Below are positions 26,171 through 38,198 of a stretch of DNA of 64,000 nt, piece after piece. How positions within the stretch are numbered: position 1 is the first letter of the stretch; each line of letters begins with the position of its first letter. This DNA comes from Octopus bimaculoides (lineage: Eukaryota). The notes under the pieces are model-generated. The model had not been told where the DNA came from and ran no database searches. It saw only the letters and a list, made by a program, of their open reading frames with translations. The stretch is from positions 91,346,099-91,410,098 of the forward strand of contig NC_068988.1 in assembly GCF_001194135.2 (NCBI RefSeq). Direction: 5' to 3'. Made by a program: the position numbers and the translations under genes.

Positions 26171-28199
26171 AGAATCACGAGTTCTGACATAGCTCTATTT
26201 TCCTAGTTGTAATATGAATGTGGCACAACTAACCTTTTGGAGAATGTGGAGGACCATACTGCATAATTGAATATGCACTGATAAATTGCGTGGGATGCAG
26301 TGTGACAGGATGGACATATTAGACTCTAGAAGTGTATACACTTCTGTAGATTCACAAAGGGGTTTGGCTTCAGGATGAGATTACAGTGTATGGTGAGGAG
26401 AAACAGTTGTCTCAGCCATTAGGAAGGGCATATTCTCCCACTCATAAATTTACAGGTAGTGGAGGTAGTCAGAATGAACCTTGTCAGAACGTTAGATTTC
26501 CTACAACTCTGCACTTGTAGATGGTGGTGTGTACCCTCAGCACAACCCTTAGGACCAGTGAAGTTATTGATACTGCAGCTAATTCTGAACATTCCTTAAG
26601 CTAGTCTTGGCTGAGTAGGAACGATAATGTTGAAGGGTGTTGATACAGAGCTCTGAGATGTTGTGTATGTAGATGGATGTTTGAAAAACGGTGAGGGTCG
26701 AAGCTTAATTCGTTGCCCTTCCTCCTCTGATTTATTCTTTTAAAATATATAGGTGAGGCTACACATTGAGTAATATTTACTGCATTTTGGAGTTTGAGAA
26801 AAAAACATCTTTCTTAATTGTACACAATCTTACAAAACTATATCATCTAAGCAAATGACCTCTATATATATTAAAAACACTATAGCATATTCAGAAAACT
26901 ATTTCAGAAAATTATTTCCGCTTTTTTTTTTTTCTTTTTTGAGAACAAAAGACAAAGTTAGATGGGTAAAATGAGTAAGACAAAGTAAGGTAAATTTGCC
27001 TCTTCATTTCTCTAGAATTACATTTGAAAAAAAGACTCATACACATGAATACCCATCCTTGGACATCAGAAGGATCAGAAATGCAACAAAAATTTTAAAT
27101 ATCTAGGTCAAATGAAAGAGGATCTTGGAAAAATGGCACATGATATGAAACTGACGAAACTTGACTAAATCTAAAAGCTCAACATAAGATATTCTCTATA
27201 GCTTCTTCACAATCTGCTGGTGTAGCTCACTTACTGACATATTTACGCACCATGCTGTTAAAGAGAAATTATTAACATCAGTCGTTACTCATTTTACCTC
27301 ACTTTAGACGCTGTTTTTTTCTTTTTTGAAAATTGAAAATTATCAAATTAGACATTACTATGGGGAAAATTGACTTGGAATCCAACAGAGAAAAGAACTT
27401 TGACTGTTAGACGCCAAACATTATCCAGATATTTCCTTATCAACCTCAATTACAATCGGGTCAAAGTCGAGAAAATATTTCTTGAAAAAAAATGTACCTG
27501 TCAGCTGACTGTGGTTCAAATTCTCTCAATCTCAACAACAACTATACAGACCAATTTTTACTCCCAAAGATGGTGCACCAGTACAAAATGATGATGCAAT
27601 ACTTGCAATGTAATTGTTCCAAACAGACAACAACAAAAAAACAAGAAATCAGAAAATACCTATTTTGTCTCATCCATTATTAAAATGTCAACAAAATGTT
27701 TCTCAACTATTCTCTTTTTCTTTCATTTTTATTTATTTACTGTCTCTAATAAAAAAAATATATTTTCGCTCATTTTGTTTTTTTAATACTTATCATCTGT
27801 TATTATATCAAGTTCATCTCACGCTTATATTAATCTATACCTATATTAAATCTATACCTATGTTAACTGAGATGATAAAATTCTGCAAAGCGGTCTTAGA
27901 ATTTTAATAGTGAATAGTTGCACAAAAGATCGCAAACGGAAGAAAATAAATAGTTTCATACCTATATCTTATTCTTATCTTATCGAAAACGAGATCTTTC
28001 TGTTCACTTACGACACATTGTTGGCGATAACGTCTCATTAACTCTCCCTAAAAGAAAACATGAGGGAAACGTTACAAATGTGTGGAGTCGATTTCCTCAA
28101 CTGATCAGTTAACATAGCTTATCATAAAGAGTGAAGAACCGGAACAAATATCGCAACCTATTCTATTCGATGTTCCCACGATTTGAGCAATTCAGCATT

Positions 28200-29450
28200 A
28201 ATAAATAGATCATAATGAATAACAATAACAATACAGAACAGCAGATTAACAGCAAGAAAGGATCTCCAAAGTAAGGACAACACGTAGATTAATTCGGGAT
28301 ACTCTACACACACTTCGGATTAATCTGCTCATCAAAGGTAAACGTTCAGTCCTAATTCTTGCCGCAAGGCTATGGGCCATTTCATCACGTCACTTTCTCC
28401 CCTTTCTCGTACACCTATTAAAATTTACTGAAATCTCCATCTTCACCTTTTTTTTCAGATGGTTCTTTGAAGAATTTGATGAAGATTTGGTCTGAGAGTA
28501 GAATACTTGGTTTAAATTTCATAACTTTTTTCGCTATAACCAAGTAGACAGTATACATCTTCCATTGCGGAAATTCCTTCGCAATAGCTTTCAGACAGGA
28601 AAATTTCCTGCTCGTCCTTACGAAAGGAAGTCGATAGATTGTTATACGCGTTAAATTCATTTGATAGCCTGATCCAACTCGCACATAACAGCAGTTTGAC
28701 ATACACCTACAAATCAGTAATACATGGACACTGACTGAAAAGAGAGTGCCAAACGGCTACGGTAATTTCCATGCATCTCGAACAGTTTCGATTGCTCTCG
28801 GGTTCTGTACAGTTCATCCAGTGACCAAGCATTGTTCTCTTGTAACCCTATTTCTTAAAACATTTTTAGAAATTGTCCATAATCATAATTCTTTACAAGA
28901 AAGTCCTCCGGGTGAAACTATTCAGACTGTTCCCGTCAATGTCCAGGATTGCTCCCAGTTATCATTGCCTATATCCATAAGTAATCCTTTTATAGAATAC
29001 AATATTTGTGGTTCCACCGACAATATTGTTTAGCTGGAAAAGCGCAGTGAGAATCTAGCAACATTCCATATGCAATACGCCCAATCAGTCTATTCTTGAC
29101 CCAGAACAGCAGCTCGGTCAACAAGACAAGCCGTAAGAAGACGTGCCGCTCGAAGAACGACCACATCGTTTCTCTGTTCTCGTTGTCGAGGAATCCCTAT
29201 AGATGTGTCAACTATAGCAAGTATTTGTATTTCATCATCATCCCTGTCATACCGGAACACTTCGTAGGGGATGTTGATAACAGTTAGGCGTTTGACAAGC
29301 GGAACCTGTCCCTTTTCACAAGAAGCAAAAGAGGATATCCCCCAGTTTGGTTAGACACTACTTGGGACAAGGTGCAACCGTCAGACAATAGTACAACACC
29401 GAAGTAATGCAGGCTTCAGCCAGTTATGCTTGATGTTTCAAGAACAGACT
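28200..29450 (-). mobile_element. Decayed Tx1/L1-clade LINE, 3' part of ORF2
   Basis: Minus pieces LFCFL*KGQVPLVK (cf. FLWKGRVPMVRR), MDNF*KC, ETVRDA, YVKLLL..IRLSNEF..FRKDEQEIFL. Confidence 0.6.
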
Positions 29451-29804
29451 TTTTTTTACCCCACTTCTGAGTAAGATTGGCCAGGATGCTCATGATTTCT
29501 TTCAAGTTGTTCTTCTGGAGGTTTGGTCTTAAGTAGACCCCGAGCACATAATGGTACCTTCCGAACAAAAACAGAAGCCGTTACCTCGCATGGACTAGTT
29601 TCTCCGAGTAGAAAGTCACAAACCCTTCTACTTTGTTTCTAGTTAATGCTTAGACCAGTTATTTCCTTGTTCTCTAGAAAGGTCCACGTATGCAGAAAAA
29701 GAAACATTGAAATAATGAACAAATGCTTAATAACACTACTATTGTTGGTTCTATTTTAATAAGGGTATCCAGACGACGTCGTTTGGGTGTGAAGTGTACG
29801 GCAT

Positions 29805-30067
29805 ATTCTTGTCTTTTCAGTCTACCGTAAATGATTGGTAATGAATGAGGTGTATACTCAGAATTGGTCCTTTCACACTGACCATTCTTGTCTTTTCAGT
29901 CTACCGTAAATGATTGGTAATGAATGAGGTGNNNNNNNNNNTGAATGAGGTGTATACTCAGAATTGGTCCTTTCACACTGACCATTCTTGTCTTTTCAGT
30001 CTACCGTAAATGATTGGTAATGAATGAGGTGTATACTCAGAATTGGTCCTTTCACACTGACCATTCT
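29805..30067. repeat. 79-bp tandem repeat, identical units, at least 3 copies, spanning a 10-N gap
   Basis: Unit attcttgtcttttcagtctaccgtaaatgattggtaatgaatgaggtgtatactcagaattggtcctttcacactgacc starts at 29805 and 29884 and is repeated again after the gap. Confidence 0.9.
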
Positions 30068-30098
30068 TCCAACATTCACCCATCTTTCAACAAGCTTG

Positions 30099-30335
30099 TT
30101 ACAAAGCAACACTTCCCTCTCCACTCTCACTTTCCTCTTCAAGTGAAACTTCAAGAAGTGGCTGTTGACAACAGGTGGAGCGCCTGACCAGTGGAACGCG
30201 CCCCTTCCACAGAAATCGGAGGAGTAAGCGCACCAGCTTGGTCAACCAGCAAACGGGGCAAGGAACGATGGTCAAGCAGTGATAGCATACGAATGCGATG
30301 TACGCATCCGCCACCTTGGCTCAACCTTTCAGAAA
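30099..30335 (-). mobile_element. Tx1/L1-clade ORF2 fragment (post-RT region)
   Basis: ADAYIAFVCYHCLTIVPCP..LLRFLWKGRVPLVRRSTCCQQPL is homologous to 32777-32950. Confidence 0.8.
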
Positions 30336-30599
30336 ACAAGCAAAAAATACAAATTTAATTGCAACGCAAAATATTTAATTGCAGAATACTAATTTCATTG
30401 CAGCACAACATATTAATAACATGCACGAGTAGCGAGAAAATAATCATTTTAACACAACCGAATAGAAACAACAGTTAAAGCAACAAAATAACAGTGTTTA
30501 TGCATCTACCGTTCAGGGAATAAACACGAATAACAATGAACTGGTTTTTGTTAATGTTTTGCCCAATAGGACAGTCTCACTGTATATCGATCGATTCTA

Positions 30600-30810
30600 G
30601 TAAGGCGGCGAGCTGGCAGAATCGCTAGCATACCGAACAAAATGCTTAGCGGCATTTCGTCCGTCTGCACGTTCTGAATTCAAATGCCACTGAGGTCGAC
30701 TTTGTTTTTCATTTTTTTGGAGGTCCATAAAAATAAGTATCAGGCGAGCACTGGGATCGATGTAATCGTCTAGCCCCCTTACCCCAAAACTTCAGGCCGT
30801 GTACCTCATT
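30600..30810 (+). mobile_element. SINE family A copy
   Basis: aaggcggcgagctggcagaatcgctagc...gttctgaattcaaatgccactgaggtcgac...gcactgggatcgatgtaatc. Confidence 0.88.
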
Positions 30811-31801
30811 AATTGCCATCGTCAACTATCAAACGCATCGTTTTGCTACATTGGATTAATGTGAACACATATATTTACTTTCCTTGACATTTATTAAACC
30901 AATTTGACCAAACTTAGCCCTCGCTTTAAAATGAAATGAATAATTCAGGCGAATTGTTCAAAGATTCAATCTAGATCTAAGTGTTAATTCTAGCCTACAC
31001 CTCACTTTCAGCAATCAATTAAGATTCTTTACATAAAATATAATATTTAAAATACAATATTTACGACAAAAACAACAGAACGGCGGCGTGGTATGATACA
31101 GTAGGTGGACCGTGCGCAGTAGGTTGTTTAAACACATGTCTGCGGTAAATTATTACACTTAAGTCCATCCATAGAACTCAAACCGTGTACCATAGCAATA
31201 TACCAGTAAATTGTATGATAAATGTCTCCTGAACGCTGCTTCGTAGATAAGACTGTGACCTGTGACCAGTGACCCATGCCCGTCACAATAATGGATCGCG
31301 ACAGGATTTGTATTTAGTAAGACTAATGAGGGGATTGACGCACGGTTGCTGTCAACATTCAGATGATTTGTCGTATAGTTGGCTGATTGTCTCGCTGACT
31401 GGCTCGTTCGTTGGTTGGTTGGTCGGCCAGCGCTAGTTACTCGTTTTCTTCTCTTCCGGCGGGGGGAAAAAACACATTGATATGATGATTTGTTTAGTGA
31501 GGTCTTTAGTAAAGGGTACATTGGTAAGGCCAAGTAGGGCGGACGTTTTTTAGGGTCAGAGTAAATAACTACCGTTAAAAATGCCTGTGTAATATGATTT
31601 CATTCAAGATGAAAAACAAAAATAAAAAATAAAATGTGAAAGAGGAAGAGAGGAGCGATGATATGGAAGCCATTTTGTAAGCAACTCATAAGTCTTGACT
31701 AAAATGACAGTCGACAGATCGGACAATGTTCAATGAATTCTTTTTATTATTATTTTTAAATATCTGCCCGTAAATATTTATGTGCGAGAAGTTACACACG
31801 C

Positions 31802-31858
<57 letters not shown>

Positions 31859-32204
31859 GTTAATGCATACATACATACATACATACATAACAGAAACATA
31901 TATGCTATTGTAGACATACACCCCAAAACGCATATGCAACATACACAAACCCAAGTAGGCGAGCTAACTCAAATGTATGAGAGCATAGAATGATGGTTTA
32001 AACATTTACACACGCGCACGCGCATGCACACACACACACACACACACGCATATACACACGCACATACACACGCACATGCACACATATACACGCGCACAAA
32101 CGCATACGCGTGCACACTTTCACACACACGCACAGACGCGCGCATAAAATAAAATAAATCAGCAAACAGAAAATGCATTACATACATTTCTTACTATTAT
32201 TACC

Positions 32205-33245
32205 TGGTGGTAGTCCTCAAGGCAGCTGGTTTTAAGCCTGTATTCAGAGGCGAGATAGCTACAATGCACAGTGACATCTGTTCAGTGGTCAGAGTTAACG
32301 GTCACTTCTCAGAGCCGTTCAGCATCATGCACTCGGTCCGGCAAGGTTGTCGCCTCTCGTCTCTCTTGTACATACTGACTCTCGAGGCACTACTACACAA
32401 AATGAAGGCGTTGAGAGGAAATCTCGCGTGACCTAGCATGTGGGAGATGCGTGTCGGCATATGCCGACGACGTCACTGTAGTGGTGTCGGATCATAAACA
32501 CGTAGAAATGATCGGCACCGCTCTCAAAGACTACAAGGCGGTTTCAGGAGCGACAATTAACCAACAAAAATCAGTGGGCTTGCGGCTCGGCACCTGAAGA
32601 AGCAAGTCCATGCCGTCCAACTGCGTCGTTAGGCGCTGGACGGACGGACCAGTTAAATTGCTCGGGGTCTGGTTCGGTCCGGACCTCCCGATGAACAAAA
32701 CTGGGACGAGGTAACAAGCAGGGTACCTACTCTCACCTAGAAATGGGCCGACAGAAAGCTATCTCCGAAAGGTCGGGTGAAGGTGGCTAATGCGTATATC
32801 GCATCTGTCATCTACTATCGCTTGACCGTCGTGCCTTGTCCTAGTCACTGTTTGATTACGCTGGAGTGTATACTCTTCCGCTTCTTGTGGAAGGGACGCG
32901 TTCCGATGGTCAGGCGGTCCATCTGCTGTCAGCACTCGCTGCGTGGTGGCCTGGGTGTGCTGTGGTTTATCGTGTGCAGACATGCAATGAGGCTACGACA
33001 TCTCCAAGGCTTACTTGACGATGAACAGGTGTATCGCCGTTCGCCAGACACGTATTTCTACAGTTAGTTTCTTTAACAGAGCTGCAGTCCTGCGGGGAGC
33101 ATTTGGAAAGTGGTATGTCTTTAAGCGCTCACATCCCTCAGCCAATCGGACAGTGCGATAGGTGGAATATCCACTTTAGCTTTTTATAGAAGACTAGTGG
33201 AGGACAAGTTCGACGATGTTCTTGGGGAAATCTTCGGTGTCCAGC
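32205..33245 (+). pseudogene. Tx1/L1-clade reverse transcriptase fragment, with stops and frameshifts
   Basis: VLKAAGFKPVFRGEIATMH..VRVNGHFSEPF..SVRQGCRLSSLLY, YADD at 32460-32471, GATINQQKSVG, KLLGVWFG, FLWKGRVPMVRR..GGLG. Confidence 0.88.
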
Positions 33246-33268
33246 CATAGTATTATTATTATTACTAT

Positions 33269-33527
33269 TCAGTAGTTTCATTTTTATAACGTGCTTTCAC
33301 TTCACTACCGAGCGCAGCTCTGTGTGCCTTGGGTATGTGCTGTGGTTTGCTGTGGTGCTCTTATGTTTACTGTATTGAAAGTGTTTTGCGTAGAATGTGT
33401 GCAGTACCCAGTAGTGCAATTTTCTGTATGTTATATATATTTGTAAGTCCTGCTATTTTTGTTATGTATTTGTCTGAATATTTTTTTATTATACCTAAGG
33501 CACCTACTATGATAGGAATTGTTTCTG

Positions 33528-33532
<5 letters not shown>
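33269..33532 (-). mobile_element. 5'-truncated R4/Dong-like LINE 3' end embedded in (TAA)n
   Basis: KTETIPIIVGALGIIKK..NIQKIALLGTAHILRKTLSIQ* is the RLE C-terminus, followed by a ~100-nt 3' UTR. (TAA)n lies on both sides in element orientation (33251-33263 and 33533-33594). Confidence 0.85.
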
Positions 33533-33594
<62 letters not shown>

Positions 33595-34372
33595 NNNNNN
33601 NNNNNNNNNNNNNNNNNNNNNNNNNNNNNNNNNNNNNNNNNNNNNNNNNNNNNNNNNNNNNNNNNNNNNNNNNNNNNNNNNNNNNNNNNNNNNNNNNNNN
33701 NNNNNNNNNNNNNNNNNNNNNNNNNNNNNNNNNNNNNNNNNNNNNNNNNNNNNNNNNNNNNNNNNNNNNNNNNNNNNNNNNNNNNNNNNNNNNNNNNNNN
33801 NNNNNNNNNNNNNNNNNNNNNNNNNNNNNNNNNNNNNNNNNNNNNNNNNNNNNNNNNNNNNNNNNNNNNNNNNNNNNNNNNNNNNNNNNNNNNNNNNNNN
33901 NNNNNNNNNNNNNNNNNNNNNNNNNNNNNNNNNNNNNNNNNNNNNNNNNNNNNNNNNNNNNNNNNNNNNNNNNNNNNNNNNNNNNNNNNNNNNNNNNNNN
34001 NNNNNNNNNNNNNNNNNNNNNNNNNNNNNNNNNNNNNNNNNNNNNNNNNNNNNNNNNNNNNNNNNNNNNNNNNNNNNNNNNNNNNNNNNNNNNNNNNNNN
34101 NNNNNNNNNNNNNNNNNNNNNNNNNNNNNNNNNNNNNNNNNNNNNNNNNNNNNNNNNNNNNNNNNNNNNNNNNNNNNNNNNNNNNNNNNNNNNNNNNNNN
34201 NNNNNNNNNNNNNNNNNNNNNNNNNNNNNNNNNNNNNNNNNNNNNNNNNNNNNNNNNNNNNNNNNNNNNNNNNNNNNNNNNNNNNNNNNNNNNNNNNNNN
34301 NNNNNNNNNNNNNNNNNNNNNNNNNNNNNNNNNNNNNNNNNNNNNNNNNNNNNNNNNNNNNNNNNNNNNNNN

Positions 34373-34445
<73 letters not shown>

Positions 34446-34613
34446 TGATCTTAATTAAGCATTTGTCATGTATCTTGAACGAGCAAATTACCAATTGAAG
34501 GAGTTTCGAGATAAAAGGAAAAGTCAAAACTGACGGAAATGGAACTTAGACGACAGCTTAAATACCGGAAAGAAGTCTTTCCGACATTCTACCAATTCTA
34601 CAAATCAGCTATC

Positions 34614-34810
34614 CTTAACCCTTTGCTTTGCCATACCATTTTCATAACTTTGTCCTAAACGTTCATGTTTGTTTTCAGACTTTTAGTCATCTTTTGTTTT
34701 ATACGTTCTGAGCAATACAAAGCCGGTCTTTCATTGGTCCCCAGTAACTCTTGTAGTTGAAAATATTTCCTAATGTGTATCACGTATGATGCATGGACGG
34801 CATGGAAATA
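34614..34810. mobile_element. piggyBac-type MITE, same family as 4021-4232; right end decayed
   Basis: ttaaccctttgc terminus and internal similarity to the reverse complement of 4021-4232. Confidence 0.5.
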
Positions 34811-34961
34811 TGTTTTGTGTATCACATCTTATACACAGGACATATAAAAAAATATAAAAAGAGATTGAGGAAGAGAAAATGTATGTTAATTTTGAACCTG
34901 GATACGTCGTGAGTAAAGAATGAAAGATACGACGTATTTAAATGATTTACACAATATCGGT

Positions 34962-35165
34962 TTGACTCAAGGCCAGCAGCTTTGGGATATAGGGTAAGTC
35001 AATTACATCGACCCCAGAGTTCAACTGGTACTTATTTTATTGATCTCGAAAGGATGTAAAGCAAAGCCGATCTCAGCGGAATTTGAACTCAGAACGTAAA
35101 GACGGACGAAATGTTGTTAGGCATTTTGCTCGGCGTGCTAACGATTCAGCTAGCTCATCACCTTA
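34962..35165 (-). mobile_element. SINE family A copy
   Basis: caaggccagcagctttggg...ggaatttgaactcagaacgtaaagacggacgaaatg...cagctagctcatcacctt. Confidence 0.85.
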
Positions 35166-35236
35166 ATGATTTACAAAATATTTTCAAAATAGTTAATTAA
35201 GTAATACTTAAGTGGATAAATCATAACGTCTATTGA

Positions 35237-35480
35237 GAAGGCTCGTGGCCTAGTGGTTGGGAATTCTGCATTCACAAAAATATGGTTTCGATTCATGGAC
35301 CGAGCTGCCTTTGTGTTCTTGAGGAAAAAAAGCTTCATTTCACATTGCTGCAGTCCCCGCAGCTGTAACTGAGTAACCCTGCCATGGACCGGCATCCTGT
35401 CAGGAAGAACAGTATGATGTCGGTTAGTTATACACTATGGAAACCATACAGCGGGCCCTATGAATCCTAGGACTCGGTAC
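35237..35480 (+). mobile_element. tRNA-derived SINE family D; central segment resembles the MetaSINE-type domain
   Basis: Head ggctcgtggcctagtggtt...ggtttcgattc; core gtaaccctgccatggaccggcatcctgtcagg...ctatggaaacc. The superfamily assignment is from memory of the motif and unverified. Confidence 0.55.
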
Positions 35481-35559
35481 AGCATTGTAATAGCTATTAC
35501 TGTGTTTTGAAGAGACAAAATCAAAGCGTAAGACTTTTATGTCACCTCACAGTTCACCA

Positions 35560-36212
35560 ATATATTACACATTTAGAGTTATCTAATACGTTCTGTGTTC
35601 AAATGCCGAGGTCAACTTAGTATTTGACGCTCGCAAGGTCGATAAAATAAAACTCAAGTACTAGAGCCTATGTATTCGAATATCCCCTGCTCAGATTTTC
35701 AGACCTTGCACCTAAGCTAGTAGAATCGTTGGAGTAACAGGAAAAACACGTTTTCAAGTATATGATCTGGCTGGCTCTTTTACATTTTGGGTTCTGCGAG
35801 CCGGCAGAATCGATACCGTGCTTTGCGGAATTTCATCTGGCTTTATATGCTGAGTTCAAATACCGCTGGGGTCGACTTTGCCTTTCCTCTATTCGGGGTT
35901 GATAAAATAAGCACCAATCGAGCATGTGAGTCGATGTAATTCACTTACCCATTTCCATGAAATTGTTGCCTTTGTGTCAAAGTTTAAAACCTATATTTAT
36001 GTTCTATCTAAAGCAGCGAGCTGTCAGGATCGCAAACATGCCAGGCCTTGTATTCTGTTCAAATTCCGCCGAGGCCGACTTTGCCTTTCATCCATACGTT
36101 GTCGATAAAATAAATACCAGTCGAGCACTGGGGTCGATAGTCATTGACTTACCTCACATCACCCCACCCATGAAATTGCTGGCGTTGTGCCAAAATTTGA
36201 AACTAATATTTA
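35560..36212 (+). mobile_element. Three head-to-tail SINE family A copies (approx. 35560-35720, 35765-35990, 36010-36212)
   Basis: Each carries gttcaaat..gaggtc/ggggtcgac...gtcgataaaataa; the second and third also have ..agcac/agcatg..gtcgat. Confidence 0.85.
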
Positions 36213-36313
36213 TGTTCTATCTCCTTCACTGTCTCTTTCTTTATTTCTATCTATCTCTCGCTGTGTGAGTGAGTGTGCGCGCGCGAGTAGTTGTAACAGC
36301 AGCCGCAGCAGTG

Positions 36314-36390
<77 letters not shown>

Positions 36391-36690
36391 TGCCTGAGCA
36401 TTATGCATCTCATCTCATCTCAAGTCATGTATTTCTAACATGTGTTTTAAATGTTTCTCAGAATAAGGGTTCAGAACCCTAAATGAGTCTTCCGCTACTT
36501 CATCTACAATAACTGGATGCTGGCCTTAACCACGCAGAATTACTGGTTCCCAGGCAGTACAGGTCCTTCAAGAATCCCTGAAGAATGCAGAAATGATTGC
36601 AATACACTCCACAAAACTTTCTTATCATACACTCGTGAAATTATTAGATGTGACACTTGGTTTTCAATTATTTACCTTCTCAATCAATTG

Positions 36691-36723
<33 letters not shown>

Positions 36724-38160
36724 AGCACGCACGCACGCACGCACGCATGAATACATGTGTGTATGCGTATATACATATGCACATGATTATGTGCCTTATG
36801 AGTGCAAATGCATGTGTGTGTGTGTGTGCGTGTGCGTTTCCATACCAATAAGAGCAATACGCCTGGGGAGAAAAAAAAATCCACTTTTAGTGTGACTGTG
36901 AGCACGAATGAAAGTGTAAATGGATGGTTCTGTTTTGTATCTGTATATATGTATATAGATGTGTCTGCGCGGACGCACACACACACACACACATACACAC
37001 ACACACACACCACACACCACACACACACACACCACACACCACACACACNNNNNNNNNNNNNNNNNNNNNNNNNNNNNNNNNNNNNNNNNNNNNNNNNNNN
37101 NNNNNNNNNNNNNNNNNNNNNNNNNNNNNNNNNNNNNNNNNNNNNNNNNNNNNNNNNNNNNNNNNNNNNNNNNNNNNNNNNNNNNNNNNNNNNNNNNNNN
37201 NNNNNNNNNNNNNNNNNNNNNNNNNNNNNNNNNNNNNNNNNNNNNNNNNNNNNNNNNNNNNNNNNNNNNNNNNNNNNNNNNNNNNNNNNNNNNNNNNNNN
37301 NNNNNNNNNNNNNNNNNNNNNNNNNNNNNNNNNNNNNNNNNNNNNNNNNNNNNNNNNNNNNNNNNNNNNNNNNNNNNNNNNNNNNNNNNNNNNNNNNNNN
37401 NNNNNNNNNNNNNNNNNNNNNNNNNNNNNNNNNNNNNNNNNNNNNNNNNNNNNNNNNNNNNNNNNNNNNNNNNNNNNNNNNNNNNNNNNNNNNNNNNNNN
37501 NNNNNNNNNNNNNNNNNNNNNNNNNNNNNNNNNNNNNNNNNNNNNNNNNNNNNNNNNNNNNNNNNNNNNNNNNNNNNNNNNNNNNNNNNNNNNNCCACAC
37601 ACACACACACCACACACCACACACACACACCACACACCACACACACACACACCACACACCACACACACGCACACAAAAACTGTACGCGTACATGCATGCT
37701 TGTACATATATTTTCAGTATCTCTATATATTTGTGGCAATTAGCTGTAAGCGCCCTCTAGGTCAAATGAAAGGGAGCTCACGTGGTTGAAGTAGACTAAA
37801 CAGTGGTCCAGCATCACAGTTAGATAAGGGCCGCCTAGTTCTGAGTGTGTGGCCCTGAATGGCTGTTATGATGACGTATTCATTGCCTAGGTACACACAC
37901 CACACCCTTGAGTGACTCAAGGCGTTTGTGCGAGCCATGTGCCGCTGTCCTCATTGCGTTACAATCACCGTTTATTGGTGTTTTTAAGACATGAGGGAGA
38001 AAGACAGAGAATGAGAGAGAGGTGGGGGGTTGTGTGTGTGAGTGTGAATGATTACGGAAAATATATTTATATATAAAAAATAGTAAAATGATACGTGTTT
38101 ATATATGCATGTATGTATGTATAGATGTATGTGTACATGCATATGCATATACATGTATGT

Positions 38161-38198
<38 letters not shown>

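Noticed and set aside
26328-26345. Perfect 18-bp palindrome agaagtgtatacacttct
   Set aside because: A rough expectation for 9-bp arms in about 57 kb of AT-rich DNA is of order 0.1-1, so it is not significant.
26200-27700. Possible decayed RTE fragment (26200-26720, minus) and a transposase-like stretch (27000-27700)
   Set aside because: No motif recognised with enough certainty.
29805-30067. CRISPR-like interpretation of the 79-bp repeats
   Set aside because: The units are contiguous and identical with no unique spacers, and the context is eukaryotic.
36975-37670. Irregular (CA)n/CACAC repeats resembling yeast TG1-3 telomeric tracts (also about 7010-7050)
   Set aside because: Explained by slippage variants of (CA)n; mostly inside a gap; no TTAGGG array.
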